This document shows positions 56,504-64,000 of a stretch of DNA of 64,000 nt, piece after piece. The notes beneath the pieces are model-generated. The model was not told the DNA's origin. It did no database searches and saw only the letters and a program-made list of their open reading frames with translations. Position 1 is the first letter of the stretch; each line of letters begins with the position of its first letter. The translations under genes were made by a program, and so were the position numbers. The stretch comes from an uncultured Nitrospinota bacterium. GTDB lineage: Bacteria; Tectomicrobia; Entotheonellia; J063; CAVPRW01. The DNA lies in NCBI GenBank assembly GCA_963707985.1, contig CAVPRW010000017.1:192001-256000 (forward strand), written 5' to 3'.

Positions 56504-57515
56504 CTATGGTACCCGCCGCCTTTCCATGAACTGATCCCACGTTTCCGGATTCACCAGGCGTGGTGGCCGCTCACCCCGTAGCACCTGCAAGGTCTGCTCG
56601 GCCGCCCCAATCACCATGCGCTTTCTCGCCTCCCGCGTGACACCGGCCAGATGGGGTGTCACGATGACATTCGCCATCTGATAGAGCGGATTGTCGTCCA
56701 ACGATGGTTCCGGCTCGAAGACGTCCAACGCCGCCCCGGCAATGACCTTATTGCGCAGGGCCTCTACCAGCGCTTTCTCATCCACCAGCGGTCCGCGGGC
56801 GCAGTTCATCAGGTAGGCTGTCGGCTTCATCTTGGCCAGTTGCGGGGCGCTGACGATGTGGAAGGTCTCTTTGGTATGCGGGGCATGGACGCTCAGAAAG
56901 TCAACCTGAGGCAACATGTCATCGAGGCTGATCGACCTTGGTCGCTCCGCACTCCTGCATCTTTTCCCGTGACACGTAGGGATCATACCCAAGCACCGTC
57001 ATGTTAAAAGCGGCGCGCGCTCTTTGCGCCAGGCGCGAGCCAACGTTTCCCACCCCGATGATCCCGAGGGTGAGACCATCGATCTCGAAGCCGATCTTCT
57101 CCCAACCATAGGGAATGCGGGTTTTCCAGCCCTCGGTACGCAACAAATGGTGGGTGAGCGGGATGGCTTTCGCCAGTCCGACTATAAGACCGATGGCGTG
57201 CTCGGCGACTGAGACAGCATTCAAACCTGTGTTGTTCACCACGGGGATACCGCGTTCGCTGCACGCATCGATATCGATATGATCATAGCCTGCACTGGGA
57301 GTGGCCACGACTTCCAGGATATCCGCCTGGGCCAGGACATCAGCGGTCACTTTTATGCCACCGGCGATCAGCCCGTGTACACCTTTGATCGAGCGCAGTA
57401 GCGTTTCTCGATCGGGATTACTGAGGCGGACGATTTCCACTTCTGATTCGAGGATCGCCTCTCCACTCTTATCCTGCGGTGGATTGAGGAGCATGACACG
57501 TTTACGTGCTTGCAT
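56504..57515 (-). CDS. D-isomer 2-hydroxyacid dehydrogenase (frameshift ~56935)
   Basis: GYDHID, GVGNVG, NCARG, DVF..EP, TPHLAG. Confidence 0.88.
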
Positions 57516-57643
57516 TCGCTGCCTCCTTCACGACTGATGCTTGAACAGTAACACTTCTGTTGGTCGTAGAACTGCCTACTCCATTTTCCCGATGCTCGAG
57601 GACTATCTGGGCAGCGCCAGCATACTGATGCAGCAGCTGGAAG

Positions 57644-57760
57644 TCAACGACGTTCGAGGTACTCCAACGCTGTGGTGGCCAGTGCTTCCGGATGCTCAAG
57701 GTGGGGGAGATGCCCAGTGGAGGGCAGGACGGTGAAGTCAGAAGAACCCATCTGCAGCCA
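57644..57760 (-). pseudogene. Alpha/beta-hydrolase C-terminal remnant
   Basis: VLPSTGHLPHLEHPEAL. Confidence 0.4.
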
Positions 57761-57843
57761 TCTAATACTGGGCTCTCGATCGCATGCACGGTCCCGCCTG
57801 TCAAGGAATTCCATCGTGGTTAGGGTGCAGCTGAAAAACAACC

Positions 57844-57872
57844 TTGACAGGGCAGTAGTAAACTCTTATCGT
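57844..57872 (+). promoter_or_regulatory. Sigma70-like promoter
   Basis: TTGACA-17-TATCGT upstream of the radical SAM gene. Confidence 0.45.
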
Positions 57873-58026
57873 GAAAGAGCACTTAAGTAGTATCCGGCCA
57901 TATACATTGCTGGCCGAACTGATTTTCCTGCCCACGCAAGCAATCCTGAGCGCATCCGGTTGTACCCAGGGGTCTCATGGACGCAGGACTCGAAGGGAAC
58001 GTAGCTGTTGCCGCAGGGAGAGATTC

Positions 58027-60153
58027 ATGAGTGTCCAACCCACGCAGCTCGTGCACGTGGTCTTGATCAAAGCGACTCGGTATGATGATGATGGCTACCC
58101 GATGCGTCACTGGCGAGGTGTGCTACCTAGCAACACGCTCGCCTGTCTCGCCGGTCTGACCGACGCGGTGCAGCAAGAAAAAGGGCTCGGAGAAGGTGTC
58201 GAGGTCCGGCGCTATATGTACGATGAGGCTGTCCAGCAGGTGCCCATACGTCAGCTGGCACGTCTGCAGCGTTTGCCCCACGAGCGCGTGATCGTGGGCC
58301 TGGTGGGCGTGCAAAGTAACCAATTTCCGCGTGCTTGCGACATCGCTCATGCCTTCCAACGCGAAGGGGTAAACGATATTTTGATCGGTGGCTTTCATGT
58401 GAGCGGCTCGATCGCGCTGGCCGATCCCGGCACTACACCGCCGGAGATTCAAGCCATTCTGGATGAAGGCATTACCGTGGTGAAAGGGGAGGTCGAGGGC
58501 CACTGGGATGAGATGCTGCGGGATGTCATCGAGGATCGACGCCAACGCTTCTATGATTTTGGCGAGCCCAAACCTGAGATGGGTGTGCAACCCCTACCAG
58601 TGGTGGACAAAGCCTATCTGAAGCACTTCATGCAAGAGAATTTCGCGACCTTGGACCTCAGCCGTGGCTGTATTTGGGATTGCGAATTCTGCTGTATTAT
58701 CAATGTTCATGGCAAGACCATGCGCCACCGCGATGCCGAGCATATCGCCAATACGATCCGGCGCAATTACGCCTTGGGGGTCGATTTCTATTTCTTTACC
58801 GACGACAATCTGGCGCGTGCGAAGAATTGGGAAGCCTTTTTCGACATGCTGATCCGCCTGCGGCAGGAGGAAGGGATCGCCATCGAATTCATGATCCAGG
58901 CGGACATTCCCTCCTATCGCATGAAGAATTTCATTCCCAAGGCTAAGCAGGCCGGCTGTACCAAGGTTTTCCTGGGGGTCGAAAGTCTGGATAGTGACAC
59001 TCTCGCTGCGGCGGGCAAGCGCCAGAACGTAGCGGCCAATGCCCGTGATTGTGTGGCCGCCTATGAGTCGGCTGGTATCGGCACCCACGCGGGTTATATT
59101 ATCGGCTTTCCGACCGACACCTACGAGTCGGTGATGCGCAGCATCGATAAGCTGATCGATGAAGTGAAGCCTGCCACTGCATCGTTTTTCATGCTGACAC
59201 CGCTTCCGGGGTCGATGGATCATGTGAAGTTGCGCCAGCGTGGCGAGTGGATGGCGGAAGACTTCAATCTTTATGATAGCTTCCATGAGACGACGCAGCA
59301 TCCGCACATGCGAGATGGCCAGTGGACGAAGGCCTACCAACAGGCATGGGAAAAGTTCTATCACCGCGATAACATCAAAGCTATCTTGCTGCGCACACAG
59401 ACGGAGTCGGCCTATTGGAATACCTTCAAGAACTTGATGTGGTACAAGAGCAGCGTCTTTGTTTACCGCGAACATCCGATGATCAGCGGTTTCTTCCGCC
59501 TTAAAGGGCGCAAGCTCCGGCGCCCTGGTTTGCCGATCGAGCCGATCTGGGCGTATTGGCCAAAGCGTATGACTGAGCTGGCGGGAGAATATTACCGCTG
59601 GTGGATACTCTTCAAAGAATGCCTGAGCATCTGGCAAGAGACCCGTAAGGAGGGCTTGCTCGAGCACTACGCGCTGGAGAAGCTCAGTCGGATACGCGAT
59701 GAGGTGGCGAGCCGGTTACCTCAGCTCAGCGCTGCCAGCACCCCCGTGGACGATCCTACCCTGGGCGCGCGCTTAGCCCAGACTGCTCAGGAATGGGGCC
59801 AGTTCGTGGCCGATTTGGAGCGCTCATGGCGGTCTCTGAAGCATATCGAAGGGCTCGAGGTGGTGCCACGTTTGCAAGGCCTCTGGCAGACACTGTCGCA
59901 AACCGCGGCCCAGGTGGAAGGACGTGCCGGACAGATGGGTCAGCAGCTCTGGCATGACGTGCGCAGTGAGACCGGTCGTGCGCTGCAACGCACGGTAGAA
60001 GAGTGTGAAGCGGCGGGAGAACGCCTGCAGGCCCTGCGACAACGGTCGTTGCTCCGTGAAACCCGGAGGGTGCTGCAGTTCATCCGCTGCCTGGTGCGCA
60101 AAGATTGGAGTTTAGAGGTCATCTCCCTGCACACTGAACAAGCCTCACAATAG
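58027..60153 (+). CDS. B12-binding-type radical SAM protein with helical C-terminal extension
   Basis: IGGFH, SRGCIWDCEFC, FTDDN, LTPLPGS. Confidence 0.87.
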   Translation: MSVQPTQLVHVVLIKATRYDDDGYPMRHWRGVLPSNTLACLAGLTDAVQQEKGLGEGVEVRRYMYDEAVQQVPIRQLARLQRLPHERVIVGLVGVQSNQFPRACDIAHAFQREGVNDILIGGFHVSGSIALADPGTTPPEIQAILDEGITVVKGEVEGHWDEMLRDVIEDRRQRFYDFGEPKPEMGVQPLPVVDKAYLKHFMQENFATLDLSRGCIWDCEFCCIINVHGKTMRHRDAEHIANTIRRNYALGVDFYFFTDDNLARAKNWEAFFDMLIRLRQEEGIAIEFMIQADIPSYRMKNFIPKAKQAGCTKVFLGVESLDSDTLAAAGKRQNVAANARDCVAAYESAGIGTHAGYIIGFPTDTYESVMRSIDKLIDEVKPATASFFMLTPLPGSMDHVKLRQRGEWMAEDFNLYDSFHETTQHPHMRDGQWTKAYQQAWEKFYHRDNIKAILLRTQTESAYWNTFKNLMWYKSSVFVYREHPMISGFFRLKGRKLRRPGLPIEPIWAYWPKRMTELAGEYYRWWILFKECLSIWQETRKEGLLEHYALEKLSRIRDEVASRLPQLSAASTPVDDPTLGARLAQTAQEWGQFVADLERSWRSLKHIEGLEVVPRLQGLWQTLSQTAAQVEGRAGQMGQQLWHDVRSETGRALQRTVEECEAAGERLQALRQRSLLRETRRVLQFIRCLVRKDWSLEVISLHTEQASQ

Positions 60154-60160
60154 CTCGCCC

Positions 60161-60184
60161 AGGGGCGCAGGTGCCTGCGCCCCT
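60161..60184. repeat. REP-like/terminator hairpin between convergent genes
   Basis: AGGGGCGCAGG-TG-CCTGCGCCCCT. Confidence 0.55.
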
Positions 60185-60189
60185 TCCAG

Positions 60190-60632
60190 CTATGGCTGCA
60201 GCTCCTCTCGGAGAATCTCCAAAGAAAAGCTCCTGTAGCGTGCAATGAGCTCGAAATCCCGGCCATTAAATGTGTACAGGGTTGCGCCAATTTAGAGGGC
60301 ACTCATGGCCAGCAGGATATCATTGACCAACCTTGGAACACGCGAACGCTGATCCGGCTCCTGCATACTGATTTGGGCTAGGATCTTGCCTGTTTGCTTC
60401 CAATCGCGATATGTTGGGGTAACGATTCGACCGGTTTTTTCGGTCTGGCGCACGAACATATCCACCAAACGCTCCCCGAAGGAGTTTAAGGCCCCGGTAT
60501 ATAGTTCTTGGACGACTACAGCGCTCAGATAGGTTTGGCGGAGCAGCGTGAGGAGCAGTTGGTGGGGGGGTGCCTCAGGCCCACCTCGTATTGCTTCGAT
60601 GTAGACATTAGTGTCGAAGATGATCTTCCTAC
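60190..60632 (-). pseudogene. vapC: VapC PIN-domain toxin, disrupted
   Basis: KIIFDTNVYI../LSAVVVQEL..VNDILLAMSAL*IGATLYTFNGRDF; poly-C frameshift plus an in-frame TAA. Confidence 0.8.
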
Positions 60633-60835
60633 CTCTCGGCGGTTGGATCGTAGATATGTCCCTTTCCTTTCTCGAGTAGATTCTTCAGGGCCTGGGCTAA
60701 GCGAGCTTCATTTACAACCAGCTCCAACGCTTTTTGAACAGTTTCTGTCTCCGTTTTTGTCCCTAAGATCTGTTGCGCTTGTTTTATCGTCTTCTCATCT
60801 AAGTAGTAGTTTTTCCTCTTCACTGCCCTTGCCAT
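60629..60835 (-). CDS. VapB-type antitoxin
   Basis: KRKNYYLDEKTIKQAQQILGTKTETETVQKALE; RBS AGGAGG. Confidence 0.8.
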   Translation of the reverse strand: MARAVKRKNYYLDEKTIKQAQQILGTKTETETVQKALELVVNEARLAQALKNLLEKGKGHIYDPTAER

Positions 60836-60859
60836 ACCTCGCCTCCTGGTTAAAAGTCG

Positions 60860-60895
60860 ATACGTAATTATGGCATGAGATTTACGTATAGTCAA
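60860..60895 (-). promoter_or_regulatory. vapBC promoter with operator
   Basis: TTGACT-17-CATAAT overlapped by the inverted repeat ATACGTAA-N14-TTACGTAT. Confidence 0.65.
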
Positions 60896-61173
60896 AGCGC
60901 AGAATCTTCCAAACGTGCATTGCGCTCGTTGCATTGGAGTTGTCACTAGGGCTTTGGGATAACCTAACGCCTGGGGGTTTCACCACATCCATCGAGGGGG
61001 ATGATAAAACAATCTTCGGCCCACTGGACGGGGTAGGCAGATCGCTAGGCTCTCAAGCTGTATGCACTATGCTGGACCAGTGAGGAAGGAAGGAGGGAAA
61101 ATAAAGAGGGACATGCCTTGAGGGATGTAGCGGGGGCACGATTCGTAGTGTCCCCGCCACGGACATCGACTGC

Positions 61174-62737
61174 CTAGAAGATATAAATCAGTCGATTGGA
61201 CAAGGTCCAGGCTCCCTGCTGGTCGCGGTTATTGGCCGCCACGGCGGGACCGTATCCCGCATAGCCCATTCGGGGCGTCCAGGTCAGCCCTGGCATGATC
61301 TGGTAGCGGACACCAGCGTCGACTTCCCAACCTACGAAGTTGCTATCGCGGGTGAAATTAAGGGTTGGTTCCCCGGAACTGTTCAACGGCGAACCGGTTC
61401 CAGTGCAGGGCGCACTCGGCGAGGCTACACGGAAGGTCGCCGGGCAGCCGGTTTTATGGGCCGTCCAGAAGCCCCCCGCCGCCCCTTCCAGGGTCAGAGT
61501 GTCGGTGTATTTATATTCTGCCTTGCCGCCTACCACCATCCAACCAAAGCGATCCAGCTTGGCGACTTCACCCTGCCGCCGAAAGGTCTGAATCGAGTTG
61601 CCGTCGACATCGGACTTGCCGAGGATCTCGAACCACTCGCCGAAGTAATGCGATCCGTCATTGCCCATGGTCCTAAAACCATTCACGTCGGAGCGAGCGC
61701 CGAAGCGAGTATTATTGAGATTGTCGTTGGCATTGTCCCCGGAGCTATAGTCGAATTTCCCTCCGAACAGCCAGGGGCCCAGGTTGTGATAAAGTGTAAC
61801 ACTAGCCCTGATAAGCACTGTAGTCAGTATTTGTTTGGCCAGTGACGGCAGCACTGGCCGCGTTGAAATTCCGGGTGCCCAGCAGATAGATGAAGGTCGG
61901 TTCGATACTGGTATTGCCGATGCGGTAGCGCGAATCGAACCCCAGATAATACCGACTTTCGGTGGTCACGTTCAACGTGTCCGAGGCCACATTATCGAAG
62001 GGTCCACCGCTCCCGGTTAACGAGGCCACCGAAGGGCGCCTGGCCATGGAAATAGACGCCCAGCAGATGGAGGTCCAGCCCACTGAGCGGCTTCAGCATT
62101 AGCGTGGTACCGGTGAGATAATCCTCGCCCACTTTGGGGCTGCCATGGTAGGTGTCAGCATTCTCTTCCAGTTGTACATAGTACAACATCGCCGACACTT
62201 GATCCGTGAAGTCTAGTCGTGTCAACCCACCACCGGCATCCATGGTGTAGAGGAGACCGTTATGAAGCGGGGTGAGGTTGAATGGCAAGCCCCCTAGTTG
62301 CGTCCGATTTCCGATCGGTAGCTGTGGTATGCGGAAATCGACATACAGATTCTTGATCTCTATAGCATTGTTGTCGATCCCATTGTCGAAGCCGCACTGC
62401 TCGAAGGCATAGGTACCGGTGCCCGTGACGCAGCCTGAGCCCACGTAGTTCGATGGATGGCGCACCATAGACTTGGTCGATCTCGATGGCGAACACGCCG
62501 CGCAGATCATCGGTAGCGATGAAGTTGAAGAAGCCGCGGAAGCGCTCACGCCCGAAGAAGGCCTCGTCATTGGCGCGCGTCGTATCATTATCGCCGTTCT
62601 GGCCTGAAATATTCTTTTCCCAGTGTGGCAAGATGTTGTCGAAAAACCCCGTCACCCGTAATTCTGCGGCGAAGACGGGGACCGCAGTGAGCTCCGATAC
62701 CTATCAAACCCATGATGCTTCGCACAACGTGCTTCAT
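61174..62737 (-). CDS. Outer-membrane beta-barrel/porin-like protein (several frameshifts)
   Basis: Amphipathic strands, GWEVDAGVRY, C-terminal RLIYIF; spread over four ORFs; RBS GGAGG. Confidence 0.7.
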
Positions 62738-62971
62738 TTATGATTCCTCCTGTGCCCCTTAGACTCTAGGTCTTTAGATCTGCTTCGGTCTGTTCACGCG
62801 CATAGCGATCGACGACAACCATCTGCAATGAGCGACATGGAATGTCTAAACGCGCTGTGAGCTCCGAGCGATCACCTCCTCTCCGTGAATTGTGAGACGG
62901 CCTGTTGAGACTCCCACACCCTCTGGGAGGTGGGGGATGAGGGTATGTCATAAGATCCGGAATCCATAGAT

Positions 62972-63271
62972 TTATGGACGCATAGCCGTCGGTCCCCCAC
63001 TATCATCTGGCGCGGAAAGGAAGATCACCTGACTGGGTACCAGTTCGATCTGGGACTGAGGGTCAGCTTGCTGAGAAACGTAGAAGGTGCCCATTGGAGG
63101 GGGTTGGGCGAGGGTGAAACGCATTGGCGCGGGTGAGAAGTCGTCGGCAATGTACTGTTGTGCTGTGGGCGGCGTCATCCCAGCGGAACAGAGGTTTCCC
63201 TCAAGGTACAAGGCCCCGACCACGAGGATGAACAGGAGTCCACGCAGCGAGAGAAACGCCAAGATAGCCAT
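62972..63271 (-). CDS. Hypothetical membrane-anchored protein
   Basis: Hydrophobic N-terminus, RBS GGAGGAGG. Confidence 0.45.
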   Translation of the reverse strand: MAILAFLSLRGLLFILVVGALYLEGNLCSAGMTPPTAQQYIADDFSPAPMRFTLAQPPPMGTFYVSQQADPQSQIELVPSQVIFLSAPDDSGGPTAMRP

Positions 63272-64000
63272 CGGATGACTTCCTCCTCCAAGTTCTTAGG
63301 GTTGCCCTGGTTCATCCGCGGTCATTAGCCACAATCCGTCTGCGGAACCTCATCAACTCCATAGAGAGGAGTACAGTAGCTGTGGATTGTATACATGTTT
63401 GTTCGGGTAGTCAACAGAAACAACAGGAAAATAGCAGCTAATTAGCAGTTAAAGTAACGGTAAAAAAGCTGTTCAGGCTATGTACGCCAGATAGAAAAGA
63501 ATGATCAGGCTCGCCTGAGTCATCCGCTTAGGTGGGCAAGGGGAGACCTTCCGAAGCTGATGCCCGCTAGTGTGGGAGGGGGCGAAGCAGGTGATCAGCT
63601 ATGCCACAAGTCCTTGCAGACTGGCTGTTTTCAGCTGTGTCCATACGTCCCGGAGGAGGGTATAAGCAGCCAATTGCTAATCTCTTGGTCGATTAGCTTA
63701 ATATTTACAATTAGTTAAATGGAAATCAGGGGGGGGTCTAGTAATGGGACAATAGAGTAAATGGTAGGGTAGGACTGCGCGCTTAAGGGCTAACAGAAGA
63801 TCTCCTCTTCGACGTTTTTCATTGCTTGTGATGAAGTATCAAAATATTCCTCTCTTCCTTGGGAAACCCATCGGGGAAGTATCGGGAGTGGAGGGCGATG
63901 CGGTGGTGCAGGCACTTGAGATTTTCGGAGTAGCGAAGAGGTGGTTAGGTGTCGGAAGTTGTGTGGGAAAAGAAGGAGAAAGGTTTCCAGAGTTGTGCCA

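Noticed and set aside
55527..61160. GTAG-type REP-like hairpins at ~55530, ~60161 and ~61127
   Set aside because: Dissimilar to each other, no array and no RAYT transposase nearby; probably terminators.
37244..62737. Many single-base frameshifts suggesting mass pseudogenisation or programmed frameshifting
   Set aside because: They hit ordinary LPS and metabolic genes indiscriminately; uncorrected long-read indels are the simpler explanation.
63300..64000. 700-bp non-coding region as a possible riboswitch or ncRNA
   Set aside because: No recognisable family motif; needs an Rfam search and the downstream context.

Overview
GC-rich bacterial chromosomal window. The expanded cyclase-AAA-TPR and ABC substrate-binding families suggest Candidatus Tectomicrobia/Entotheonella or a relative, but this is inference only. 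Many genes, including housekeeping ones, carry single-base frameshifts, so some 'pseudogenes' are probably long-read errors; the large internal deletions look real. Left to right: (1) 1-17.5 kb: class III cyclase-AAA(STAND)-TPR paralogs surround a cytoplasmic group 2-type [NiFe]-hydrogenase operon with a sigma54-like promoter, an atypical small subunit, collapsed maturation genes and an intact HypC(His->Gln)/DUF6390-like pair, followed by an XPB-like helicase/DUF790 nuclease pair and a ZIP transporter. (2) 17.5-30 kb: a GH18-CE4-GT2 fusion, peptide ABC parts, two IS6-like MITEs bracketing a small gene, and an orphan groEL. (3) 32.2-35.7 kb: a decayed integron cassette array with four attC-like sites and no integrase in the window, carrying NAT, isochorismatase, SET and HAD genes and hit by an IS1 remnant and a MITE. 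(4) 37.2-54.7 kb: an LPS core/lipid A modification operon from waaF to msbA. (5) 55-64 kb: DinB, a hydroxyacid dehydrogenase, a B12 radical SAM enzyme, vapBC with a broken toxin, and a porin-like gene. No rRNA, tRNA or CRISPR array was seen.
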